From positions 5,550,976 to 5,614,975 of the forward strand of contig MU058824.1 of NCBI GenBank assembly GCA_013265495.1: a DNA stretch of 64,000 nt, read 5' to 3'. Positions 39,298 to 50,544 of the stretch are shown here, one piece after another (positions within the stretch are counted from its first letter, which is position 1; every line of letters starts with the position of its first letter). Position numbers and translations under genes: made by a program. Origin of the DNA: Vicugna vicugna (taxonomy: Eukaryota). The notes beneath the pieces are model-generated. The model made no database searches. It saw nothing but the letters and a program-made list of their open reading frames with translations, and had not been told where the DNA came from.

Positions 39298-39809
39298 TGT
39301 GGTAACTGGCCTCCAAAGATAGTTGTCAACCCTCCAGTTTCTATATGTTCGTGATGTACTTCCATCATGAATTGGAATATATTTCTCTTTCCTTTAAATA
39401 AGGGTTGGTCATCTGACTGCCTTGAGAAATAGAAATCTGTCAAACTGATAGTCTAATATTTCTAAGCTCAAGCCTTAAAATAACTGTCAGATTCTTCCTT
39501 TCTCTTGAGATGATCCTTCTTGGAATCAAGTCAGCATGCTATACTGAAGCCCAAACCACCACCAGAGAGGCCCACCCAATGGAGAACCATGGCCTCGAGC
39601 CACAGCCCTAACTGAGCTCCAGCCAGGAGCCAGTATCAACTGCCAACCATACGAGTTAGGCCGTCTGGATTTTCCAACATCCTAGTACCCCTACCAATGC
39701 CAAATGAAATAGAAGACCCGTGTAGGCAACTCCCAGAATAATGAGAGAGAATATTACTTAAGATGTTAAGTTTTGGATTGATTCGTTATAGAACAGTAGA
39801 TAACTAAAG
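39298..39809 (+). mobile_element. MaLR solo LTR (MLT1G/H-like)
   Basis: TGTGGTAACTGGCCTCCAAAGAT...CAGCCCTAACTGAGCTCCAGCC...AAGTTTTGGATTGATTCGTTATAGAACAGTAGATAACT. Confidence 0.85.
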
Positions 39810-40147
39810 AGGAATTCACAAAGGTTAGTGAGAACTGAGGCATGTGTGACCAGATTTAATACTTCCAGAGTTAGTCAGTGCCCATGCTTTCCGAGTTCTC
39901 AGAACACTGCTGTACAGTTCTCTACAAGCATGCTCCCCCATTTAATTTCCCACTTGAAACCACTGACTGAAATAGGGCAGGAATGGGAGAGGACACGGAA
40001 TGGGCAACCACAGCATTTGCAGTCCTGGTTCAGAGTCTTGCCATCCATCATTTCCCCAGGCTTCTGCTTTCCCTTGTAATAGAGGGAGGAGGGGTGCTAT
40101 TTCTAGTCTCACAACTGAATCAGCTACAGTAATAAGGTGATGGCAGG

Positions 40148-42276
40148 TGTGGTGGGCTGAATGGTGAAAAAGATATGTCCATGTCCTAACCCTCAGAACT
40201 TGTAAATGTTACCTTGTGTGAAACAAAGGGTCTTTTCAAATTAAGTTAAGGATCTTGAGAGCAGGACATCATCATAGATTATATGGTTGGGCTCCAAATC
40301 CAGTGACAAGTGACCACGGAGATAGAAATTGGAGTGATGTGGTCACAAGTTAAGAAATGCCTGGAGCTACCAGAAGCTGGAAAAGGCAAGGAATGTATTC
40401 TTTGCAAGATACGCTGGAGGGACCATGACTGTTAGATTTTGAACTTCTAGCCTCCAGAACTGTCAGAGAGTAAACTTCTGTTGTTTTAAGCTATCTAGTT
40501 AGTGGCAGTTTGTTAAGCAGCCTCAGAAAATGAATACAGATTTTGGCACTAGGACTGGGTAGCTGCTATAATAAACACCTAAAAAACGCAGAAGTGGCTT
40601 TGGAATTGGTACTGTATAGAGGCTGGAAAAATTTTGAGTTTCATGATAAGAAGAAAAGCCTAGATTGCCATGAATAGACTGTTGGTGGAAGTTTGGATGT
40701 TAAAGATTCCATCAGTGAGGGCTCAGAGGGAAAATTGGAAACTAGAGGAAAGGCAATCCTTGTTATATGGTAATGAAACATGGTTGGACTGTAGTCTACA
40801 GTTGTGTAGAACACAGAACGTTTAAGCAATGAACCTGAATACTTTACGGGGGAGGTTTCCAAATGAAGTATTGATGATGTGGCTTGGTTTCTTCTTGCTG
40901 CTTACAGAGGAGTATAAGAGGAAAAGAGAGAAACAGAAGTAGAAACTGTTAAGCAAAAATAAACCAGCACTTGACTATTTGGGAAACTCTCAGCATATCC
41001 CCATTGCAAAAGATGCTACACTTAAGAGAATCACTGTTAGGAAAATGTGCTCTTGAGGGAAGGCCAAGGATGTGGCTGGATGTCTTTTGTTGAAAAGATT
41101 AGGCACATGTGACTCAAAGACCCAGTCAACCATCTCATCAAAAGCCAGTAGTAGAGATGAGGTTATCCAGGAAAGATCTGTGGAGAAGCCTCTTGTCTAA
41201 TGAAGTGGATCCTTGTGATATACAGGAAACTCACAAGGTTTTTGAGAATATTGTATCAGCAGATATCCTGCCAGCTTGAACTGAAGGTGATAAATATAGG
41301 AAGAAGTGAAAGCACTAAGATGGACTTCCAAAACTGAACAGGAAAGAAACAAAATGATAGAGCTGTTCAGCTCATAGTGGTCAATATATGCTACTTTTCA
41401 CGAAGAGGAAGAAATAGTAGTAGTAGCAGGGGTGGAGAAAGAAGAATGCCTTCAAAAGTAGAGCCACGTGCCCAGAGGCAGAGGCCTGCTGTGCTGTGTA
41501 AGTTCAGAGGCCAACCGAGCTGCTTCCAGCCTAGAGGGTGGAGCCACTGGCCCAGATGATAGAGCCTTGAGCAACAGAGGATTATTCCCAGTCCTTGAAA
41601 CTTAATGGAATTTGCCCTTCTGGATTTCAGAATTGCTTGGGACTTATGATCCCTTTATTCCTTTCATTTTCTGCTTTCTGGAATGAGAATGTATATGTCT
41701 GTCCCACCATTATATTTTGGAAGCAGGTGACTTGTGTTCTAATTTCACAGGTCCATGGATAGAGAGGAGTTTTGCCTCAGGATGGCTCATACCTGAGTCA
41801 TACCCTTATATAATTTAGAAGATTTTAATGATGAGATTTGGGACTTTAGAGGTGATGATATTCATTGAGAATTTGGATTTGAATTGATGCCTTTAATGGG
41901 TTGAGACTTTGGGAGACTGGGGATGAGGTGAATGTATTTTGCATGTGGAAGTGATGTGAATATTCTGCGTGAGGCCAGAGGGTAGATTGTAGTGGGCTTA
42001 TAGTGAATTCCAAAAAGATATGTCTAGTCCTAATCCCCAGAATCTGTGAATGTTATACCTTATTTTGTAGATACAATTAAATTAAGGATCTTAAAATGAG
42101 AATATCATCTTGCATTATACAGGTGAGCCCTAAATTCAATGAGAAATGACCTTATAAGAGACAGAAGAGAAGGATTTTAGGCTTCTAGCCTCTAGAACTG
42201 TGAAAGAATAAATTTACATTTTTTAAATTTGTTAGGTTACTGTAATTTGTTGCAGCAATCTCAGGAAATTCATTCT
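40148..42276 (+). mobile_element. Two-LTR MaLR provirus (MLT1B/C-like LTR, MLT1 internal, LTR)
   Basis: 5' LTR 40148-40538 (TGTGGTGGGCTGAATGG...AATACA). Internal region starts GATTTTGGCACTAGGA and ends in purine-rich GAGGCCAGAGGGTAGAT. 3' LTR 41988-42276 repeats AAAAGATATGTC, TTAAGGATCTT and CTTCTAGCCTC.AGAACTGT. Confidence 0.92.
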
Positions 42277-42324
42277 GTGGTTGGGAGGAAGTGTTCCTGG
42301 CATAAAGATCCATACAGTACAGAA

Positions 42325-42843
42325 TAGTCAGCTCTGGCCACGGCCACAAATGAGAATTGAGTACTTCAGTTCTTCAATACTGCCTGTTGCCAAGCCCTTT
42401 GAAGTGTGACACTATAGCTCTTCCCATCAAGTGGTGGAGAGAATTTCCCACCCTCTGATTCTAGAATAATCCTTTGGCTAATAAAATGGTTCCAAGTGAG
42501 AGTACACTAGTGCCCAGCCTATGCCTTATTCTCTTGAATACTTCCACTCTCTCTCAGGACCCTGTCAGCAGCTTGTGAACAAGCATACGCTTACCTACTG
42601 AAGGACTGGAGACCCCAGCAAGAAGATTCCAACTGTCCAAACTAAGGCCTTTCTAGACCAATATGGAGCCAGGAGACACCCAAATATATGAGGGAGTCAG
42701 CCTACCCAATCGCAGACCCCCTAATCCAGCTTCCAGGTGATGAAACCTCATGAGTAAGCCCACCTGACGTATAGACTCCTGAATAATAATTAAGCATCTA
42801 AGTTTCAGGATGGTATGTTAAGCAGCAGTTGCTAACTAATGCA
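42325..42843 (+). mobile_element. MaLR solo LTR (MLT1F/G/H-like)
   Basis: CTTCCCATCAAGTGGTGGAG...CTAAGTTTCAGGATGGTATGTTAAGCAGCAGTTGCTAACTAATGCA. Confidence 0.75.
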
Positions 42844-42961
42844 ATATACAAGACGTCTTTTTCTAAAGGTTATTGAGGAAGACTCATTTCCTTGTGATCA
42901 AATGAAAGTCAGCCTGGGAAATTCTACGGTCAGGTGACTCCCATATCTCCATATAAGAAGG

Positions 42962-43001
42962 TTTTTTTGTTTTGTTTTGTTTTGTTTTGTTTGTTTTTTT
43001 T
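42962..43001 (+). repeat. (TTTTG)n tract
   Basis: Read directly. Confidence 0.9.
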
Positions 43002-43679
43002 ACAAATATCTGCAACCTGAATAGAATGAGAAAGCAAGAGAACCTGCCTTGAAGTTGTATTTGCATAGCAAGCACACTGGATAGATTTCACAAGGAATTG
43101 ACACTATGAACTTCAAAAGGTAATGAATGAGTCAGCCTGAGTAACAAGGTGTAGGAGGAGTAGAGAAATGGCATTCCAAGCAGAGGTTTCAGCTTGAGCA
43201 AAGGCCCAGAGGCCTCTGTGGGTACTCAGTGTATTTTTAATAAGCAAGTGTCTACATACCTTCAAGTGTTTTGCTTCATTACCGCCTTCAGAAAACACCC
43301 AAGATGCCTACTATGCCAGCTGTCAGCCTCCCCCTCAATTTCTCTCCCCTTCTTTTAACCTACAAAAACACTGCCTGCTGATGAGTTGTAAGTCATTTTG
43401 CAGAGGAAATTGGGTGTGCAAATCCTGTGATTAGACAAACATCCCTCATTAAAAGTTGTAATCCACTGGCCCTCCGTGTTGACACCTTAATTCTGAACTC
43501 TAACAGCCTGAGCACACTCACTGGTCCTGAACAACCCCACCTTCTTCATTCCTTCCCAGCCCCCTCCCCTCCTGGCTTGAGTCTCCACCAGAAAATGAGA
43601 GTCTTCCAGATGGGGTAACACGGCCTTCTCTTACTTGCAGTGATAATAATGTTTTCTCAGTTTTATTACAGTCTCTTGA

Positions 43680-44165
43680 GAATTGGGCTGATTTGCATAT
43701 TCCCTGACACTTAATTAACGATGTCACCTTCCCAGTGCCTTGAAAACAGTTTGCATTTCTTCTTCCTCCCCGGGCAGGCCTCCAACAGTTACCTCCCACA
43801 TTTTCTGCTGCAGACCTTTTTATTACTTTAATGACAAATAATTGGACAGATTCTGAGTAATGAGGGTGAGAGGCAAAGGACTGTTGCAAGGGAGACGGCT
43901 GCGAGTTACAAGACACTTTTAGTGGTCTCTAAATCAGACAGACAAGTAGAGTAATGATCATCTTGCCATAATGAGACACAATTAAGAATCACTGCAGCAA
44001 ATGACAGAGAAGTTCATTGAACAGTAACCTCCTTCTTCACGTTCTCTTTCCCTTTTTTTTTCCAAAGGAGATCGAAGCTTAATTATAGCATTACCATTCG
44101 CAATGCTATTATTAAGATTGTGTCAGCACTTCCAATATAAATTGCATATTTTCAAAGGTTTATTA
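43680..44165. promoter_or_regulatory. Candidate developmental enhancer / conserved non-coding element
   Basis: Repeat-free block with octamer ATTTGCAT (43691), TGACA-TTAATTAA-TGTCA (43705-43726), TTTATTAC (43819) and TTCAAAG (44151). Confidence 0.4.
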
Positions 44166-44359
44166 CTTAAACATAGAAACTGGCTCCGTTTTGAAATTTA
44201 GGGTGCCAGATCTTAATCTAAGAGAATCAGAATATATAGATTCTCAATGTTAGAAAAGGCCTTAAAGATGGTCAGTTTATATCTGATCTCTGAATGCTAG
44301 TATACATTTGATGAATCAGGGTGTTTTTTTTGCCATATCTAAGAAAAGGCCCTTTTGTC

Positions 44360-44538
44360 CAGTGTTTCTCAAACTTCAGCCTGTGTCAGAAGCACCGGCA
44401 GGACTTGCTCTAGCAGACTGACGCAAGAATTTGGGGTGGGCAAGGCGGTCGATGCTGTGGGGCTGAGTCTACATTTCTAAAAAGTCCCCAGATGCTGCCA
44501 CTGCTGCTGGTCCAGGCACCACACTCTGACAACCACTA
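44360..44538. mobile_element. MER5A hAT-Charlie MITE
   Basis: CAGTGTTTCTCAAACTTCAG...CATTTCTAAAAAGTCCCCAGATGCTGCCACTGCTGCTGGTCC...ACCACACTCTGACAACCACT. Confidence 0.88.
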
Positions 44539-45603
44539 CATTAGTGGGGGATCAGAAACAAAACTCCAAACTACCAAACCACATACCTCAAAGGTTAGGG
44601 ACGTTAATTTGTATTTAAAAGAGCAGATCCAAAGCCATGTAGGAAACAAACTGTCCCTTTCAGAAACCCACCCCCTAACCCCTCACTCTTTTCCAGTCAG
44701 TTCTTTAAAAAATAAGACAAATTAAAAACCAAATATCTACTTGATGAAGCACTACAATTTAAAATGAAATGTTCTTTTTGATTTTACTTTGCAAGTCTCT
44801 TTTCTAATAAGCAGAATGTCCTTTGGAATGTTTTCTTCTTCCCTATATTAGCTCCCTTTCTCCACTGCTACCTGTCTCTCCCAATACAGTATGTTTGAAA
44901 TGACCCAATCTATAACATTCTCAATTGTATAGCTATAGAAATGGTAACAGAACATAAATAAGTTTGCCCAAAGTCATGGAGATTTTGTGGTTAAATCTTT
45001 CTGGATGCTCATTCTATTTGTACACACTCCATATTTTACAGTATTTATAAATGGATGGATCCAATGCCATTATACTTAATTTCAGGTCTTCTGTGATTGG
45101 TTCATAGCAATTTGGTTTGCTATGGAATAAGACCAGTTAAGGCATTTGGAGAATAATTCATCATTTGTATCCCAAATCCTTTTAGAAGAATGTAAGATCA
45201 TAAATAAATAATAACAAAATCATCTCCATCCTCTTGTATTGGAAACCACATTGCAATTAGCCAGGTGCATTATACTGCGCATTTAATAAATAATATAAAA
45301 TAAATTTGGCATAGTGGAAAAATTTAGCAGTGACTCTGTAAACATGTCTGTGAAAGCACACTCATGAGTGAAGGAAAGTAACTTTTATTTCTTCTGGATT
45401 TACTAGACCAACCAATTTTTATAGCATTGTGAAGATGCAGCCTAATTCAGGTTAGTGAATTGAAGGGCTTGAATAATACAAAAAAAGTTCTCTTGGTTAA
45501 CAGCATATATGCGATTCAGATGCCTCAAGTTCAGCATCTTCAGAGCTCTGTGGTTGTGTCATGTGTAGAAACACAGAAGTCCCTGACAATGATCTCAGTG
45601 ATT

Positions 45604-45962
45604 ATACTAGTCGGGACAGGCTGAGTTATGTATGCTGTAGTAACAAAAATCAATAAGCAAACTCTATTGTGAGTCCAAGTTACCCTCCAGGGCAGTGTTC
45701 CTCCATCTAGCAACTCAGTTACCAGGTGGCTTTGATCTTTTTGTTCCAGTATCTCAGCTGAGGCCTCCTCAGTCACCTTGGTAGGGGAAGAGAATGCTGG
45801 AGAGCTTTGCATTGGCAATTGAAGCTTTAGCCCAACAGAGTCAGTCAGCACTTCTGGTAACATACTGTGTTGGAACTAGTCTTGTAGCTCTGTCCAGTTC
45901 CTCTCACGTGTCCAGGAGGGGAGAGGACTGGATAAATGTAAGGAATATAAGTCACTACCATG
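45604..45962 (-). mobile_element. Old MaLR LTR (MLT1J/K/L-like)
   Basis: TAGTCGGGACAGGCTGAGTTATGTATGCTGTAGTAACAAA...TTGGAACTAGTC. Confidence 0.65.
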
Positions 45963-46979
45963 GTGATTCAGACAAAATTTCATTTTTTTTCAGTAGTCTT
46001 ATACAAAATTACTTTTACTTTTACTACCTAGCATCTATCTTTGCTTTCTAATTGCATGATCTGGTATTTTTATTTGTTGGATCTGGTTGTCTCTGCTCTG
46101 CACTTTTATCATTGAAATATAATCATGTTAACATATGTGGCTTACAAAGTACTTTTATATATAATCTCAGTTATTATAATCTTGCAGTAATATATAGAAA
46201 GGTATTGTTATTTCTTTCAGGAAATAGGCTCAGTGAGGCTTAAAAAAGTGCTGAAGGTAAGACCAAAACCCAGATCTTCTGACTAAAGCCTTATAGTCCT
46301 TCTACGATACCATCCTGTTGTCTTTGTTGAAGCTCTTTGTGCGTATTCCACTCAAATAAGTAATTTAAAATTATGGTTGTACCCTGAAACATGGAAGATT
46401 CTGTATCTGGTTTACTGTAGAGTTCAGAATGTCTGTGAGTCTGGGGTAGTTTTGTCGTAAGATTGCTGCAGAAATCATCAGTCCATAATTTCTTTAGAAG
46501 TCTAAAATGTACACTGCTCTTATTCCATTGTACATGTGCTTTTAAAATTTTGGATTATTGGCCATTAATTTTATTAAATATCTGTAATTATAAGGTCTTG
46601 GCTAATGCAGTTCTGATATGTCCCATTTGTACTTCTTTACCAGCAAATTGAGATCTGTCAATTTTTATGGTGTCATTTTATAGTCCTCTTACCCCAGAAC
46701 TTTAATGCTTTTTACAGAAACTAAACTCCTTGGAATTAGGTGCTTGCATTTTACCAAGGGAGAAAACGAGGCCCACCAGGAGTCATATTGAAAATTCTCA
46801 GCTCCAGATCAGTCATTTTCCCATATCAAAGTGAACTATGAATGCAATTGTAAGGTATATAAATGTTCGTCCACAAAATCCAGTATATAAGAAATGTAAC
46901 TTTCTTTCCCCTTAAGGCTAAGTATCTCTTTCTTACAAGCCCCTGTTTCACTGGGCAGTGGACACCTACCTGCAATAAA

Positions 46980-47382
46980 TTCTGTTGGTGCCCCTACGAT
47001 ATCCCCTCAGCATTCACTGTTTCCATACTTGCCAACAGTGTCTTACTGCTAACTTCTATAACTCTCCACCTGAGGGCTCTCTCTCACCCACTTGGAGGGC
47101 AAAATGAAGAGGAGCCCTCAGCCATTATTGAGGGGAGCTGGAGAATAAATACTGTGACTCCCTAGCTTCTCAGGCAGAAAACTCAGAGATGTATTCCACA
47201 GTCTCTCCAAAGGTTGGTATTGGGATTGATTCAAAGTTGCCAACAGCAGTAACTTGTTCATTAATGCATGTTTGGTTTCCTGCTCTTCCCTATTTTAGGC
47301 CTTCCTGTAATCATCACCCAAATAAGCCTCTTACTTTCAGATCCTTTACTCAGGCTCCGTTCTAGAGGGACTAGTCTAAGAC
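46980..47382 (+). mobile_element. LTR16-family ERVL LTR
   Basis: TGTTGGTGCCCCTACGATATCCCC...AAGTTGCCAACAGCAGTAACTTGTTCATTAATGCA...CCCAAATAAGCCTCTT...CTAAGACA. Confidence 0.85.
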
Positions 47383-47464
47383 ACTCACCCTCCCAATGTT
47401 CCCAGCACTACGTCTAACTCCAGGTGGCTCTCAGAACGCCGCACAAGTGGAGGGGCGACTGTTA

Positions 47465-48171
47465 CGTGGGACTGGGAACCACAAGGTGAAAGCAGAAGCG
47501 GCCTGCTCGTCATTACCCTCAGCGACCTGGGGGTATTTGTGCTTTCTCACAGCTTCATACTGCCAGTCTGATGGTCCTAGTTCTTAGCTGGGGAGGTACT
47601 CCACCAGAGGACACAGCTGGAATCTCTCTCACTCAGTTTAAAGTTAAGGCTGTTATGTGGTCACTCATGCAAGTAGCAGACCAGTAGGCACAGAAAAAAA
47701 TTACCAAACTGGCAGTGAGAATCTTCTCTGAGCATTGTAAGAGGTAGGAATGCTGCTACAAAGTGGGGCAGGGAAGAATATGTTTGGTATTAAGGTAATT
47801 CACTTAAACTGAGAATAAGAATACCAAGAGATGCCTAACTGTAAATGCGCAGTTACAGCAACCATGACCTTACAAAGGCCTGAGATCCCTTAGTGAAGAG
47901 GAGCTGGGTCCTCCCATCAGATAAGCTACCTAAAGTACCAGAAATAAGAGCCAAGAGTCTGCAATTGATGGTAAAGGATGGAAATAGTAATGCCAGTTAT
48001 GATCAGGGTCTAATTGTAACACCAAGTACTGTATAGTTTGACCCCCAAATTCCCTCTTAAAAATTCCCCCAGGGATTATGACCATAGAATCCTGGAGGAG
48101 GTGTGCTTGGGTACTGGATAGACTGAATGGAATGTGAGAAATAAGTGAATTTGTGTAGTCCATGGGGTGAA
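47465..48171 (+). mobile_element. ERVL internal 3' region (ERV3-16A3-like), decayed pol end
   Basis: GGGAACCACAAGGTGAAAGCAG...CCACCAGAGGACACAG...TGCTGCTACAAAGTGGGGCAGGGAAGAATATG; ends in GGGGTGAAC next to an LTR. Confidence 0.75.
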
Positions 48172-48537
48172 CTGTGTTAGACATTGTTTTGGTGCCCCAC
48201 CCAGTCCTTTTTAGCAGGCCATTATGAATGTTGGCTGTAACAGCTCATAGATGACTGTCTACACTGCAGAAATTGCTTTTATTTGATAGGTTCTTAAGTA
48301 TCAGCTCCATCCCAAGGAAGGGCCATAGCTGATAGCTGAGTGATAAGGACTTGCCTCTAGGGAATACAGCTCTGTGTACAGTTTATGTTCCACATCCTTA
48401 CTCAGTTCTTACCCTTTCTCTATCCTGCTTCACTCCCTCCCTTACAGGATATTTTCTCAAGAGAACTCCCTCAATTGATCACACATATTTAAAATCTCTG
48501 TCACAGAGCATGCTTCAAGGGAATTTGACCTAAGATA
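48172..48537 (+). mobile_element. LTR16-family ERVL 3' LTR
   Basis: TGTGTTAGACATTGTTTTGGTGCCCCACCCAG...TCCTGCTTCACTCCCTCCCTTACAGG...GGGAATTTGACCTAAGATA. Confidence 0.85.
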
Positions 48538-49349
48538 TTTAATTACACAAGGTAGGTTATTTTCTGAGATTTGTATAATTTTATAATGAAAAAAGGCTTT
48601 TTCTCATTTTCTCAAAAGACAGGATAAGTCAAAGTTATGATTTGTAAGGGTTTCTTTCATATAATATTTTATAATCAGTCATATTCAAGGTCATATTTTA
48701 AATGTCTTCTGTTCTTGGCTAACTATGGCCCTACTATATGAAAACTTTAGCCAAAATAACTTCCCAGAATAATTTTACATTTGAAAGGTAGGTTTGAGGC
48801 CATCTTGGTTGGAGATAAGAATTGGAAATAGTCAAAGACTGTAATGCACTCTACTCGTGTTAAAATAAAAGAATGCAAAGTAGAGTAAGTACTTGGAAAT
48901 CTTTTGTGTGCAAAAACTGTCTATCTTTCCGTCTGCCTTTTTTGTCTATCTGTCTCTGTATGTCTATTTATCCATTTGTCTTGTTTTGCATGAGTTTATA
49001 TCCATAAAAGCTCTTTCTTGTTAAGCCAACATAACTGTCTATTGCAAGTATGAAAAAGCAGCATAATCTATACCATGAAAAAACACTGAGCTACAGAATT
49101 TTAAGAAAGTACCTCAGTATCATAGTTTAGGGTTGGTAATTAGGGCAATACTGATTGGGTGGGCTGTTCCTTCTCAGTTCTTTTCAGTGCAATCTTTCTC
49201 AATTCAATTTCAGCCACAATAGCTTGGTTTTATTCTGTTGCACTTACTGGGCCAGTCAATGTTTGGTCTTGACAACCTCTCTAGTCCCATTCCTTGGCAC
49301 TGTTGATTTGTATGCAGTGCTCCATCCATTTTTGAAAAATTTTCAATAC

Positions 49350-49645
49350 ACTTTTCAGAAGGTGCCCTGCTATCTTCATCTTTGAACTTCACACAGGTCA
49401 TTTGCCCCCTCTGTCTGATGCTTTCTTCCCTACCCACATTTTTGCATGACCAACTCTACTCATTCAACAAATATCCCACCCACTAGGGAATTTCTTATTA
49501 CCTGTAGATCCCGTTGCATTTTGCCTATCTAGATCCTTATCTTTCAATTCATCTTTTTGCTTTTTGAGCTGTTTGCTGATGTGAAGGAATATATATTCAG
49601 TTCTGTATACATACTGCCTGACAGAGCACACATCTGAATTTTAAT
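49350..49645 (+). mobile_element. L2 3' end relic
   Basis: CAACTCTACTCATTC...CTGCCTGACAGAGC. Confidence 0.45.
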
Positions 49646-49779
49646 CAAATTCCCACAGTTTCAAAAGGGCAGACATAAAACACTTTTACTGCTCAATACA
49701 GATGTGTAACCTACCTATCTCATCAAAAATTTTTTTCTTTTATTTTTCCACATTGTCTGATGTCGATTGATTGTTAACA

Positions 49780-50060
49780 ATACAGTGGAAATCAATGAAG
49801 CTTACTGCATGGGAAATTTGCAAATTATCTTGTAAACTATGCAGGATTTCATACAGTTGATGAAAGTGATTTTGAAGAACTACCAGATTCAATTCAAAGT
49901 CACTGAAAAACACGGCAGTTCAAATGAAGAATAAAGAAGATAAGCTTGCAAAGATGGCTCTATTGGTACTTCAAGCAAGAATAATTAGTATGATAAAGGA
50001 TTAAGAGAAACTTTAATATTATAAAAGATATGAAATATTGATAGTATGTTTATTGTATCT
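49780..50060 (+). mobile_element. Possible Tigger/pogo transposase C-terminal relic
   Basis: 49820-49906 reads ANYLVNYAGFHTVDESDFEELPDSIQSH*, resembling the acidic GF...D.EEL motif of Tigger/TIGD proteins. Confidence 0.4.
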
Positions 50061-50544
50061 CTAGACCTTTTTTTGCTTCCTAAGAAAAACTAATTCTAGC
50101 TTATAGATGCAATTCTCAGCTAAATTTTATTAGTGGTAAAAGATAAATACCCTTTTTTTCTATAGTTTTAAGCTTCATTTTCAAAGTGCTGGCCCAGTCA
50201 AAACACTTTTTTCACTTTTCACCATGAGATTTTAGTTCCCACTTGAAGTGGATTTCTTTTAAGTGGTCGTCTATTTTGGGTACTGATTATCCTCATACAG
50301 TGAGAATCTCTTATAGTTTCAGGGACAAAACTAGAACTAAAGTATAGCAATTATAGGTGGATGACTAAGAGACTTTTGAGAATGAAAGTGTACAGACTTA
50401 ATAGTCTTATCAGGATGATATATATATAATCTAGAACTGCTCTGGGCAAACCAAAGCACACAGCCATCCTTATTTTAGGGAGTTCTGTGTGTTTAACTAA
50501 CTCTTTATGGAAGAAATATTTCCTGGTGGTATGAGCGATCTTAT

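Noticed and set aside
43518..43916. 132-aa minus-strand ORF over the candidate enhancer
   Set aside because: Non-ATG start and no homology I recognise; the region reads better as regulatory.
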